63,851 bases of DNA, filler included, from Hausera hauseri (GCA_046269625.1; 11 parts of 11 records of this genome joined end to end with filler, not necessarily neighbours in it), one strand, 5' to 3'. Shown: positions 10,524 through 23,700, counted from the whole stretch's first letter. Translations and numbers: made by a program. The notes: a model not told the origin generated them from the sequence alone.

Positions 10524-13500
10524 TTATTTCAGCTGCCAATGTCCATACGCCCAACTCTTAATTTGCCCCACCCACTTTCGCTTAACATCGTTACATGACA
10601 AAGCGACTTTCACACTAGTTATTGTATACAGCTGGTGTTTAATTGATCTGATGATAGTTTGAGACACAACAGCCACTAATTGTCCTACTTTTGCTTCTGC
10701 TGCTTCATATATACGGCCATAATCACCGTGGCCGATTTCCATCTGCTTCAGCTGGACTACTTTTGCTCGCATTTTCGGTTCACAGTCCGTCAGAAGACTG
10801 TAGCACTTTGGACGTACGAATATCCATTCCCGATACTGAACCCGACTTTCAAGTTCATCCTTGAAGCAGCCAATTTTGTTGGTGATCGCGCTGCTGTACA
10901 ACGAATGATCCCGTGGGTAGTTGGACGTGTCCAGTAATCCATCGGACTGCATTTGCTGCAGTATCTGTTCGCGATTGACTTTTTCAGCCGCAGGAAAAAA
11001 CTGTCTGTGTCATCGGCAATTACACTAATGTCACAGCCGTCAAACATTTGCCGGTAACGTGCCAAGTCGCAATACTGTAGCTCATACATCAGCAACTTGC
11101 TTAGGTCCAATAACACTTGTCCGATGTAACTTGGCCGGTCCAGAACAACTTCTTCTCTGTTTAACAACACCGCAACCAATCCATCGGCAATGTGCATAGA
11201 CCGCCAAAACTGTGCCTTGCTAATATACGTAATCAGCCACTTTTCGCTATTGCATAAGCGTACATTAAGCCGCTTTTTCAGATTCTCCACTGTTTTTCCG
11301 TACAGGGAACTGTTTTTCAGCTTGTAATAGTTCTTTTCGAAATTTGTACAAGCTGCAGCTCGTTTCTCCTTATTTCCATCTATGCAGTCCTTGAATATGG
11401 GAGCCTGAGCAAATCGGATTGCACAATGCAGCTGTGTAACGCGAACACCGATTTGTATGTAGAACTGTAGCAGACGCCAATGGACTACATAATTCGGCTT
11501 CGGTCCATGCGTCATGAGCATTTTCTTCACTTTTGAGCCTGGTAGACATTGGTTAAATGGTGCGACCGGCAAATCGTCTAAAACGTCATGCAGCTAATCT
11601 GGTACGCTGAGATCGACCTCCATCAAGTATCCAACTGAGCCTGCCATGTCTGCTCGTAGTAGATTGACCATTATGTCGTACAGATCTTGTCTGTCGACTA
11701 CCCATTCGAATGAACCGTACGGCAAGGATTGCGAAAGCGCCCAGCCGTACAGGTTATTAACATCAATATACAGCTGTGATATGGCATCGGTAGCACTGAT
11801 CTTATGCTTGTTGACAAATGTCATGCCACCTCAAATACCAACATCAAACAGCCGGTACATTTCCGGGTCTTTCAACAGCTCAATATCTCGATCCAGTGAC
11901 ATTAGAGCTAACGCCCAGCTCATTGCCGGTATGAAATAAAAGTTGAGTGGCTCTAGCCTATCTTCAGCTAAGGCTTTAGCTCGAAATGTATTAAACACAT
12001 CGGATAATAAGTACACGTCCAGTTTTAGATACTGAAGCATGTACTACAACATGTTTCTGTAGCTGAGTTCTGTCCAACACCTCTGTGCTTTTCGGTATTC
12101 ATCCTCTACGATACCTGTCCATCGCGGCGGTAATTCCTCTGCTGTTCAGAGTCTCTCATATAATGTTGCAAAGTCATACGGGAATATGTCTTTGCTACGC
12201 GCAATGTGTGGGAAATTGAGTCAATGTTATCAGCACATCCAGCAAGGCATTTACAAGCTTTGATAGAAACTCGTTGAGAAATCGTACAGAGTCGAGGAAG
12301 CGTACCTGGAACCGGTTTATGCGTGCTGACAGGGACAGGTATTTCTCCATTGTTGTTGAGATTACTGACAGTTCCCAGTGGAAAAATCCATTAATGACCC
12401 GTTTCAGAATATGGTGACAATCATAACCCCTGAAGTTATAAAATATCACCGGCAGAAATGGCCTCACCCTTATTGTCAAATTGCATGCAGCTCCAAAATA
12501 TCAAACAGCAAAAATGATCGTAATCCGGTACGAGCCATTCCAGTGCATCAAACGGTAATGTTTTGTGGCACAGGTAACATTCATCTGTGACTGCATACGT
12601 CAGGCGTTCATCTTAATCTGTACACATCAAGGGTTTATTGTAATTTCTACTGTACCAGGGTGCGATTTCAGTTTCCACTATGGTTTGCAACCTCGGCGGG
12701 AAATCACGTGCACAGTTACAGCCGTGAAAGACGTAATACTGCGGCTGACCGACCGTTTTTATTGGGACACCCAACATACAAACGGCGAATGAAACGTGTT
12801 TTTGATCATACACGTTGCGCAGTGGTAGAATTGCCTCAATGTCGGCATATATTGCATATGCCGGATTGTCCGTTTTTGACCAGTCACTGAATCGGAGCTC
12901 ATTTTTGAGTGGCATTAAGTACATGGTTGTTCCCGTTGAATTCTGCTTGCACAGCGTCACATGTTTCTCCTATGTTGTTTTTGACCTGAATCCATGCAAA
13001 CATATAGGACACCATTTGCATACTATTCGCTTTTTGATGAACTGGTCATGCTCCATGTTAAACAGTTTATTCAGATTTGTCACTGACACGCAATGACATT
13101 TTTCGGCCTGCTCCAACAGCAACAAATTTACCGAGCGTCCATTCGGGTTCCGACTGCAATAAATTATGTCCACATGGAGGTTTTTATAAATTTCTTCGTC
13201 TTCCAGTATTTCAATTATTGTGTTGTACCGGAAAATGTTTATTGACAGCGTGGGATTACGCCGTCCAAAAGCCGGAATGGTTTTAAGTTTCATCGGCATC
13301 CAGCATTCATCAAATTGCAATTCGGAAAAAGACTGCCGATACTGATTTTGACGATTTGCATGATATATGTTCACTTCGCTGTACTTTAATACAGCCAGAA
13401 TACTGTACAGAAAACATCATTCATCGTCAGTATTTTGTACATTCACTACCGCCAGGGACTGCTTTAGAGATGCAGGTGTCGGTATAAATGACCGTCCAGA

Positions 13501-13841
13501 CAAATATACCTCGTCACTCGATTTTGTTATGATAAAGCCGAGTGCGACAATTCGTATAAATCGCTATTCAATACCCTCTTCGGTATAGTTGGCGATTTTC
13601 TCATCCAACTTTTCGCCTACATCGGTAATAAAATCTTTCGGAACGATACGGCTGGGTGTGACAGGTAACATTGTTTCCTATCATCTTCAACGTTTTCAAA
13701 TTCTGCAAGTGCATAATATTGCACTTTGCAGTTGTTGCGTTTGAATTTTTCCACCTCTAATTCCAACCGGCTGTGCACACCAGACGGAACATGTCTCAGC
13801 TGTAGTGTTGTTATTCCCGACATGTTTACTTTCATGTCCAC
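10524..13841 (-). pseudogene. Protein-primed family B DNA polymerase of a Polinton/Maverick/adintovirus, multiply frameshifted
   Basis: VNVQNTDDECFLYSILA, YADIEA (ExoI), FYNFRGYD (ExoII), YLKLDVYLL (ExoIII), YIDVNNLYGWA, YKLKNSSLYGK, DTDS, RPKCYS. Confidence 0.92.
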
Positions 13842-15296
13842 GTACGATTTGTTTAGATCGTACTTGACAGTAATGGAAGGTGTCTGCTGTTGAATCTGCT
13901 GCTGTTCGGTACTGTTTCGGATGTATTCGTTAAGACTTCTTGAGGCCTGACGTTTCCTCCTTGTTGAGGGGATACTGGTTTTTCATGTCGCCATCACTAT
14001 TTCCTTTTTGGACAATTGAAACTGGTTCAAGTGGTCCTTATGCTAGTTATAAAATTGTTCACAGTTGATTTCATCAACTATCGAACAACCGGGACAAACG
14101 TAGGCTCGGTTACTGTGCACCGTTGTGGCGCTATAGTACTGCTCCATTACACTATGGCAACCATCAACGTCATGCACTCTACTACTACAGTATCGCGGGT
14201 ATGTGGGCAATGCACAACCATCATCTTCTTTGCACGCGTAAATGGCCTAAGATAATGCTTGTGCATCGCATAAAAGTCTTGGTATGGACAAGAATCCAAA
14301 ATACTACCGCACGTTGGGCACAAATGTGAGTCCGTGCCAACAGTGTAATATTTAGCAATCTGCTGATGGCACTGTTCCTGCTTCGCATGTATGCGCGAGA
14401 CGCAATACGTGGGATAATTAGTACACTTCTGAATGGAAAATAAAATAAAATAAATGTTTTATATTAATTTATAAATACTATAAATTGAAATATGTCAACT
14501 TATTTGTCTGTTTTGAGAAAAAAAGTCTCCTTACTCCCTCATAAACAATTATTCTAAACGCTACAACAACATTAACAAAAACTAAAAATCACATGGAACA
14601 GTACACTGAAAGCGAGATTAAGAAATTGACCGATGACATTTTGACTGGACATGCGTTTGATATGCAGTTTTTGTCTGAGCTCGCAGAAATCAGAATAATT
14701 AGTCGACGGTAATATACTGAATTAATTTTTAGATCTCTATTCATACAACGTATCAAAGACAAAATGAGACGAAAACGGCAACAACGACGGANNNNNNNNN
14801 NNNNNNNNNNNNNNNNNNNNNNNNNNNNNNNNNNNTTAATTAATTAANNNNNNNNNNNNNNNNNNNNNNNNNNNNNNNNNNNNNNNNNNNNAAAAACGTT
14901 TCTATAGGACGAATCGGAACGCTTTTACATTCTACTATACGAATATTTCGTCAGGACAATGCGACATCCTTGGCTCACAAATTCGTCTTATTAGCCCTCC
15001 TCCTTTGATACAAATTCTTTTCGGCCTATTTTCAGTTTTAAGATAATCCCTATATATTTCCAATTATCTGTTATTTTTCTCCAAAGTTCAAAATAAATTA
15101 ATATCCGCAATTTTAATTAAACGACTATTCAGCAATTTACGGAATGTAGCACGTTAAGAAATTTCCATATTATTCATTACAGCATTATTACCATATATAG
15201 TCTAGATATCTAAACCGTAGACTTATTACCCATTTCTTGAATTTAATTACTGTTAAATATATTATGTTGGCCTGCTAGATTGATCAGTCAACGCCA

Positions 15297-18200
15297 ATGA
15301 CCTACACAAACTTAATTGATCGATTCAAGAAACTCAAACTATATTCAGTGTTCAAACGAATGCATCTATTCCCATTGAAATTCTCCCGATCCTCATTAGA
15401 ATTTTGTCGAACCTTGACCGATGGAGTATATGGAAAAGTGTCAAAAATTCGAAACCCATCCATTGGAAAAGTGTTCATAATGAAGGAATTCCATTCCAAG
15501 GAATCAGCAAAAAATGAAATAAAAATCCTGAAGAAAATCCAGTCCCACAAGAACATTATTTGCCTGATCGATTACTACATGTTTGATAATTCTTGGTTAG
15601 TAGTATTAGAATATGCTGATGGAGGAGATTTGTACGATTACATCATGAAATTTGACAATGGCCTACCGGAAACGGAAGCTAAACGATATTTTCGCCAAGT
15701 AATCCAAGCAATTGCTTACTGTCATCATCTGCATATCGTTCATCGGGATTTAAAACCGGAGAATGTCGTGTTTTTCGAAAAACTACAATTGGTGAAATTG
15801 ACTGATTTCGGTTTTAGCAATAAGTTTACTCCTGGTCAAACGTTGGAAACCTCATGCGGATCATTGGCGTACTCTGCACCGGAAATATTGCTTGGTGATG
15901 CGTACGACGCTCCGAAAGTTGATATTTGGTCATTGGGGATTATATTGTTTATTCTCGTTAGCGGTCATTTGCCATTTGATGAAGCTAATGATAGCGAAAC
16001 CCTGTCAAAAATCATGGATTGTCGATTTGATCTCCCTTCACATTTATCTGCTTCTTGTAAAAGTCTCATTAAAACAATGATCGTTCGTGATCCAGAAAAA
16101 CGAGCGACTCTTGACGAGATACTCGCTCACAAATGGTTGGAAATTGGTAATAAAACCAACTGTGATATCGACAATTTCTCTGTTCCACTGATTACTCAAC
16201 AGCATTTAACAATGGAAGAACATTTGGAAATTCTCACGAAAATGAGCGAGGGCAATTTGGCGAGTGTTGAAGAAATCCAATTGACACTAGATAAAAACGA
16301 ATATTCGTACATCAGTGCAACGTATTTTCTGTTGGCTGAACGGAAATTAAAACGTCGTTACATTGAGGAATATTATCGATTGAAATTTCTCGAGTTAAAT
16401 CAGGAGCCGGTTGAAAACGACGAAAATACTTTTGACGAACCGTTGCTGGCATCATCGCCAACGAATCAAAAATCTATCATATCGTCTAATCCGGTTGCCG
16501 AATCGAACGAAGAACGATTCCGGCGATTTAGTATGATTCTTGAAGATGAAGAAGACGAAGAAGAAGAAGAGGAATTCGAAGCAATGATGTCGTTAGCATC
16601 GGTCCGTGAAGAGCTCGAAATAACTTTTCCGAAATCGCAGATCTCGTCGGAAATTCTCTCACCAAGTCGATGTTCTCGTCTGAGTGATGAACAGGAAAAC
16701 AACGATGATACGGAAAATATCGTCAATATTCGATTTTCCAATTTCCGCCAGCAACAATTCACCAAACGAGTCCGTTGTCGATCGGCCGTCTACAGTCGAT
16801 CGTTATCGTCCATTCCCAGTACGAGTCAAATTTTATCCAACATTGTTGAAGAAACCATGAACAACAATGATTTCAACATATCGGCCATTCTCCGTCATTT
16901 TAAGTCGAAAGGTGGCAAAACGACAACATCCCCAACAACGTCGTCATACATTCCACGATTCTATCGGAATTCGTCGGGGACGTTTTATCGACAAACGAAT
17001 TCGATGACGTCGGCCGTTGACAACAGTTTTGACGATAACATTAGTAATAGCAGCAGTTTCCAATTTACCAATAAACAACGTGTCTCACTGCCCAATCGAC
17101 TATTGACAACCCATCTCAACACTTCCAAACGCCGCAGTTTTCCTGCACTTTATTTCCCCACCGGAAATTTGTCTCACAGTCACTCCAGTTCGGATGTATC
17201 GGACAACGAGTCAGCAGTTCGCGGATATGGCGAACAGAAGCGAGTCTCAGTACCGAAATCATTCGGCAAACATTTTCTGTCGTTCAATTTTCACCAGCGA
17301 CAGAATTCCAAACAACCGCCGGAATTGGTAACGTCGAATTCGTCAATTGCTAGTGACTGTTCTCGTTTCTTTTCCCAGTCCGGTCGTCGATTGCGAATGA
17401 AATCTTCTCGCAGTCGACCGAGTTCGATGGGAGCGAGTATGGCGTTCCAGCTCGATGATTTCCAATTCGAAGAGAAGTCGAACAATTCGGTGCCAATGCC
17501 GGTGAACAACAGTCCGACAGTAACGAACATGACGATGCATCGGGACATCTGTGCACCGATTCATGAGGAGGAAGAGTTGATCAGATCCCGGAGTTACATT
17601 GACAAAGAGACCAGCGTGGAGAATCCTTATCATAAAATATATTCATCCTATCGCAGCATTTCTGTCGATTGCCGTCGAAAGTCGGACAGTGCCGAAGGGA
17701 CTCCATCGAAAGTATTCATCAGCATTCCCAACAAAAATCTGTCGCTATCAAAACGCAGCAGTGCAACAACATCGACATTCGTCAACGGTCCCCTTCAACC
17801 TTGTCACAAAACGAACAGTTTCAGTCTATCTAGTCATTTAACCCAATCCAATTTCAGTTTGAGTTCGTTCGCCAGCAGTTTACGTGAATCCAAGGCCATT
17901 ATGAACGTCATTCGTGGTGCATTCGAACTCCAATGTCTGGCAAATCGAATCAAACTCGGTGACCATTCGACCGATGGACGTTGCATGTCCGATGTCTGTG
18001 CGTCAGCTGATGTCAGCGGACGAGAAAGTCGCTGTGAATTCGCATCGATAACCAGTCTCCCACTCGGTCACAAAACCCACTCGCCGGACGATAGCGAATC
18101 CGTGACGTTACTCGCCAAAAACCAATCGCCGTGCATGGGTAATTTCATTATCAATTCTACCGTCCCATCGGATCCCAGTCCGATCGGCGAGTCCACAAAA

Positions 18201-18353
18201 ACCGATTCCCATGCAATCAGTCTCAACAACATGAAGAATCTCAGTTGGAATCACACACCGGTAGCGAACAATTCAACGAATTCGTTGTTGAGAACGTCGA
18301 ATAACGTCAGTAAAAAAGCTAGATCTATTTTTTCTTGTTGCAGAACGTCCTAG
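15297..18353 (+). CDS. SNRK: SNF-related serine/threonine kinase, intronless, atypical N-lobe
   Basis: HRDLKPENVVFFEK, KLTDFGFSNKF, TSCGSLAYSAPEILLGD, EANDSETL and UBA ISATYFLLAE are SNRK-diagnostic. Long Ser-rich tail ending CCRTS. Confidence 0.9.
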   Translation: MTYTNLIDRFKKLKLYSVFKRMHLFPLKFSRSSLEFCRTLTDGVYGKVSKIRNPSIGKVFIMKEFHSKESAKNEIKILKKIQSHKNIICLIDYYMFDNSWLVVLEYADGGDLYDYIMKFDNGLPETEAKRYFRQVIQAIAYCHHLHIVHRDLKPENVVFFEKLQLVKLTDFGFSNKFTPGQTLETSCGSLAYSAPEILLGDAYDAPKVDIWSLGIILFILVSGHLPFDEANDSETLSKIMDCRFDLPSHLSASCKSLIKTMIVRDPEKRATLDEILAHKWLEIGNKTNCDIDNFSVPLITQQHLTMEEHLEILTKMSEGNLASVEEIQLTLDKNEYSYISATYFLLAERKLKRRYIEEYYRLKFLELNQEPVENDENTFDEPLLASSPTNQKSIISSNPVAESNEERFRRFSMILEDEEDEEEEEEFEAMMSLASVREELEITFPKSQISSEILSPSRCSRLSDEQENNDDTENIVNIRFSNFRQQQFTKRVRCRSAVYSRSLSSIPSTSQILSNIVEETMNNNDFNISAILRHFKSKGGKTTTSPTTSSYIPRFYRNSSGTFYRQTNSMTSAVDNSFDDNISNSSSFQFTNKQRVSLPNRLLTTHLNTSKRRSFPALYFPTGNLSHSHSSSDVSDNESAVRGYGEQKRVSVPKSFGKHFLSFNFHQRQNSKQPPELVTSNSSIASDCSRFFSQSGRRLRMKSSRSRPSSMGASMAFQLDDFQFEEKSNNSVPMPVNNSPTVTNMTMHRDICAPIHEEEELIRSRSYIDKETSVENPYHKIYSSYRSISVDCRRKSDSAEGTPSKVFISIPNKNLSLSKRSSATTSTFVNGPLQPCHKTNSFSLSSHLTQSNFSLSSFASSLRESKAIMNVIRGAFELQCLANRIKLGDHSTDGRCMSDVCASADVSGRESRCEFASITSLPLGHKTHSPDDSESVTLLAKNQSPCMGNFIINSTVPSDPSPIGESTKTDSHAISLNNMKNLSWNHTPVANNSTNSLLRTSNNVSKKARSIFSCCRTS

Positions 18354-19029
18354 ATTATTTTTGCATTTATTTAATGTTATTCAAGGGGGGTCTCCACACA
18401 AACATTCATTCTGGTCTTCATATTCGTCAACGAATTTTTATACTGTTTAAATATACCGTCTTTCAATTGCTTCTTCGATAATTCGTTATTTCTATCCACC
18501 GGTCGATTGTGATCCGTCGGTCGGGCCGGTTTTGTTTGTCGAATAAATGTGCCGGACTTTTTTTTGCCTTTTTATATATATCTACAAGTTTTTCGTAACA
18601 CTTAAACCGTAAATTTGACAATTTTTTTTTTAACTTTGATTTGATATTTAGTATGCCTGCTTAATACCACGCCATCTGTTCCAAAAAATTTAGGAATGCT
18701 GAAAAAAATGAGTAAATAAAAGTTGAAAATTTATTATAAATATAATTCCATAAACAATTTACACGCCAACTCATGACAATACTAACTCATTTGCATACCG
18801 ATAAACACAAGTGCAGTAGACATACGTAAAATTTTTTCAAAATTCACCGTTAAATGGATCAAAGTTTATTTAACCAAGAATTTCTGTAAAATAACCATGA
18901 AAAGNNNNNNNNNNNNNNNNNNNNNNNNNNNNNNNNNNNNNNNNNNNNTTAATTAATTAANNNNNNNNNNNNNNNNNNNNNNNNNNNNNNNNNNNNNNNN
19001 NNNNGTCACCGCTGCTGCTGCTGCTCATT

Positions 19030-20033
19030 GAATCTGCGATGCAAATATCCAACTCGGTTCACTGTATCCATGCCACTTGACAAGATATTGTTTATTCATA
19101 CCTTTACCGCGTGAACGTAGAATTTCCTGAATACGATATACATCAGGTTTCTCGGGGAGTACCTGCAGTTCCTGTTCTTAGAATTAACCACGTATTTCCT
19201 CGCCGTTTTTATCCTCTAAAACGTACATGACAAGTGTTTGTTTTATCTTGATTGCCGAAATGCGAAAAACCTCTTCGCTCCTGTTCTGATTGAATTTCTT
19301 AATAAATAGCGTCGTACTTATTTTTGAAATACGTACATAATCACTGGTTTTATATTTTGGGCCTTTAATTGCCTGTCGTCCTCGTCGGTTTTGATAAAGC
19401 CACATGTCTAAATCATCGATTACATCAACCGGACGCATTCCGTCGATTTCACGATGTGTCGAATGATTGTATGCATGAATAATATTAGGTAGTACATCTA
19501 CCTAGCGTTTGTTGTCTTGCGTCGTAAAGAATTTGTTTAGACGACCGCGCAATGTTCGATTAAATTGTTCAAAGAGTGCAGCTTTGTATTGGGAAAACAC
19601 CGAGTAGTGGTTTTCGCCGAACTGTTTCAAGACCGCTGTAACGTGGGCGTTGTAGAATTCCTTACCCAAATCCGTTTATATATGTTTCGGTGGCTGCTGT
19701 TGTTGTATCAGTGTTTAAACAGCGTCGGCAATCTCTTTACCGAATTTAGATTTCACGGCAATTGCACGTGCAAAACGACTAAACACATCAACGCATGTCA
19801 GTACGTACCGATACCCATCGTTGATGCTGGCGTACGGAATAATTTTCATCAGATCCATTTGCCATACATTATTTACACTGGAATAACGGTATGCACGAGT
19901 TGGAAACCGCCCTCCTATCGGTTTGTTTAGGCTGTTTGCTAACTGTTTCCGGAGCCAACGTTAAGTCTGTTGCCGAGTCTGTTTGACAGTCTTTGCCGAC
20001 GGGATGACGCCGGTCGAACCACACGTCGCGCAT
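19030..20033 (-). pseudogene. Polinton-type retroviral-like integrase with C-terminal chromodomain
   Basis: WQMDLMK..YASINDGYRYVL.CVDVFSR, TDLGKEFYN, KAALFEQFNRTLR, EEVFRI, EQELQ-like, YLVKWHGY. Several stops. Confidence 0.85.
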
Positions 20034-20062
20034 CGTCGGTGTTGTCGTCGATTTTGCTTGCA

Positions 20063-20748
20063 TTACAACAATTTGAACGAAGCGTAAATGAAAGATTTGG
20101 TAAACTGGGACAGAAAGATGAAAACCATGCACCCATATCGCCTAATCACCATATATTTACCGTCATTGTTTATACTGTGATGTTGTTTCAGTCGTTTACT
20201 AGGGGCGTTGGCAAGGCCAATGAGTCGTTTTCGATACTTTAGTAAATTGCGCTTTTCATTACCAATTTCAACGTGACCCACAACGATATTGTACAAAATT
20301 TCCATCAAATCGTCTACTAAAAACTGTGGAAATGATCGTAGCATGTTCCGCTTATGTCTCATAGGTGCCTTAATCAAAGCAATAAAGTACGGCTGACTAC
20401 ATTTGAATCGCATCCTTTTTTGTGGAAGTATTGATACTGCTGATGAAATGTAGTTGTTTATAACCGTTGCCATTTTGACAATAATTTGCGTCCAGCTACT
20501 GTTGTTCGATGCACCGAATTGATTAATCGCTTCACTGTAGCGGCGCTTCGTTTTGATACTCGTTTCTTGCCGCCGGGGACCTGCTTGGTAGGTTCTTTAC
20601 GTTTAACAATTGTTTTTCGGAAATTTTCATTTTCATGTCGTCGTGGTCGTCGATTTTCCAATTTGTTTATAGACACATACACCGCCTTCCTGAATGAAAA
20701 TGTCTGTTCGTACATGCATGTCGTCGGGACACTGTTGTGTAAAGTCAA
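20063..20748 (-). CDS. Two small basic Polinton-like virus genes between ATPase and integrase
   Basis: ORFs 20458-20748 and 20063-20473 have recognisable homologues at about 51958-52520 in the second copy. Confidence 0.55.
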
Positions 20749-21141
20749 TTAACATAATCCATGCTGTTTGTTCGTAGCATCATGATATGCATCTATCAAG
20801 TAGTCTCGGTTGTGAGGAAATGCTTGTCGTGCAACATAATCAATGATAGCCTGATCACGGGGATTTTTGAACAATACCAAATAGTGTACGTTGAGATTTC
20901 GTGTTCGATGCTGGCCGCCATGATGGAACATGTTTTGCGTAACGAAAATAACCGTTACGCCACGATGTCGTACAATCTTCGTGAACAGGTTGTTGAAGTC
21001 CGATTGTTTTGCGGCTTCGTGAAATAAATCGTCGATAACAATAACTTCACCGCTGCGTAATCTCTCTGACCAGTTTTCATCAAACCCAGAAATTATTGTT
21101 ATCGATGATTTCAGTTTACAAAATTCCCGATGTGTCAGACA
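20690..21141 (-). pseudogene. Packaging ATPase (A32/FtsK-like), C-terminal half
   Basis: Walker B VIVIDD, RHRGVTVIFVTQN, YLVLFKNPRD. The N-terminus is replaced by an insertion. Confidence 0.88.
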
Positions 21142-23020
21142 GTAGGGGAAAAATGGCGGTCCGATTCCACCCCCAGGAATCGATTCTGCACATGTGCCAC
21201 TCGATAGTGCACACGGAGCACTATCGACCGATAGAGTGCTAGGCGACGGTACTGATAGGCACATTTGCTAGGTGCACTTTTGCACATTTCACAAATCGAT
21301 CGCTGCACAGTGCAGTATTGATCGAATCGATCGGAACAAAGTGCTAATCGATAGCGCACATTAGTGCGCTTCGATTGTTGCACATTCCAGGTGTGCAGCA
21401 CATGTGCAAGTGTGCAAAAATCAATAATATTGAATTTACGATGATCCCAATAATGGTAATTATCACTCGGCACCGGGTGAAATCGGTAGCACACATGATG
21501 CGCTATGTGAATGTGCAGTTAGAATTTAAACCGGTTGATTGGTTTTCGAATAATTTCCAAGCGGGACCGAATCGCCACATGCATTTCCGCTATAAATTTT
21601 AAATCAATAATATCAATATGGCACATATACTAGCAGGTGAAGTACTTGATGTACTTTCGATTGGTGCAATATTGAGTGAGGTGTGCTCTTGGATACAATT
21701 GCGAGGGCACTTTTGCACTTTGCACATTTTTGCAGTTGTGCAGCGTAGGATTGATGGAATTAATCGGGGTCAAGTGCTATTGGATAGAGCACATCGAGAA
21801 GCACGTTGATATGTGGTGCGCAGTGCAAAAACTTGTGCAAAAATCAATAATATCGAATTTCCGATATTTCCAATATTGATGATTATGACATGTTATCGGG
21901 TGCATTTGATAGGAAACTTGGTGTAGTATATGAATGTGCAGTTAGAATTTAAATTTTTCGACTAGTTATCGATTAATATCGATCCAAAGTGCCAAATTAA
22001 GCGATTTAGCATATGTTTTTTACGCTCTAAGGAAGCAAAATTTGATATAACATTGAGCGATGACAGATAAAAAATCGGCTATGGCGATCTCGAATCTCGA
22101 GTCGAAAATTCGAATATTTTTTGGCTCGAATATAGAATATCGAACTATTCGAAAAATCTAACAGCGGAAATCGATTCCTCGTATTCGAAAACCCCTATGT
22201 ACATAAAATTATTCCATGAAAATGTACAATATAGGTATAAAATCAATTTTTCGAATTAAGCAAAATGTGTATTTAAAGCCCAGTAAAGCGGAAATGTGTA
22301 AATCTAATAGCGAGACTAAATAGGAAAGCATATATGCCGAATCGGAATATGATATTAGATGATCTATTACATTATTCGAACTCGAAGAATTATCGATTCG
22401 AACTCGAATATTCGGTCAAGCATGCATTATTAGAAGAATCTAATGGAGGCATGTGATTCCTCATGGTAGAATACTTATAGATCAATCAATATTAGTGCGG
22501 TGCAGTGCACCTCTCTGTATAAAAACAAGGTTTTCCCAATATGGTAAAAGTACTGGTTAAATGTTAAGTAATTGTTATGTTGATTAAGAAATTGAGGTGA
22601 ATTTGAAGGTAAAGCACATTGAAATCAATAAATCTTTAAGCGCACACAGATAGAAAAGCATATATGGAGAATTTGAGTCCGGTATCATATATTCGAATAC
22701 ATTATTCGAACTCGAATAATTATCAATTCGAACTCGAATATTCGGTCAAGCATGCATTATTCGAAGAATCTGGGGGCTTTAATCGATTCTGCATATATGA
22801 AAACCTATACGAATATGGCGCCCCATATATTTAAATCATTTGATGCAATAAAACAAACGCATGATGTTGACAGGCAATACGATAGCATAATTACGTGACA
22901 AGTTCACGCATTTGATGCATTAAAACAAACGCATGCAGTGCCAAATTTACCCCACCATTAAAATTATTTCCTTACATGTGTTTTGTTTTACTGCATCAAT
23001 TATCAAAATTAGACAGTGCA
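21142..23020. mobile_element. Non-coding repeat-rich insertion, probably a non-autonomous DNA transposon
   Basis: Interrupts the ATPase. Internal duplications (22321-22441 vs 22651-22771; about 21400-21540 vs 21820-21960) and direct/inverted TTGATGCA.TAAAACAAA motifs. Confidence 0.5.
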
Positions 23021-23120
23021 NNNNNNNNNNNNNNNNNNNNNNNNNNNNNNNNNNNNNNNNNNNNTTAATTAATTAANNNNNNNNNNNNNNNNNNNNNNNN
23101 NNNNNNNNNNNNNNNNNNNN

Positions 23121-23700
23121 TTTGATTTTAGGCGTATAACTTAGTGACATTATAGAACAATACTTTCTGTGATCGCTTCTCCAATTCGTAGAAATCTACG
23201 ACTACCGCGTTTGCTTGCAATCCCTTTCCGGTGTCGTATTCCGCTCCGCAACAATGTCCGCTATGCACATCTAACCTTCCGACCACTACGTTGTATGCCC
23301 TAATTATCTTTCCTGGTTGCATTTTTAATTGCATACTGTCCCATTGTACCTTTTCAGTCTTCTTGGCTTGTTTTTAGTGCTGGCGTTCTAAATTCATTAA
23401 AATTAGAGGACTAGTTGGTTTGGTTATTGAAGAATGTCCGTATACTAACCAAAAGTGAAAAGGCTGCCAGATCGCCTCAGAATACATTCCATTCCATCTA
23501 ACGGTATCAATTCTTGTTGTTGATACTGGAAGTAATTTTCCTCCCTTGTTTCCAACTTGTGCGGCCTGGCATCTTCGCACACTTCTATATCAATTAGGGA
23601 ATATCTCTTCCTTAGTTTGAATTTATCGCAATCGTAGAAAGTAACAGCGCCTATTTGCTTTATTAAAATTAGCAGGATGAGAAGGTTAATTAGCCAGTTT
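23121..23700 (-). pseudogene. env: Chuvirus-type (gB-like, class III) glycoprotein, N-terminal part, frameshifted
   Basis: Hydrophobic signal, then FYDC...YSLIDIEVC, YQQ, MECILRR and GHCCGAEY...AVVV. Matches the AYDC/SLLDVGEC/GKCSG.Y pattern of chuviral G and retroelement-captured gB-type env. Confidence 0.7.

Noticed and set aside
20749-21264. N-terminal 40 aa of the listed ATPase ORF
   Set aside because: Derived from the insertion beyond 21141. Homology with the second copy stops there.
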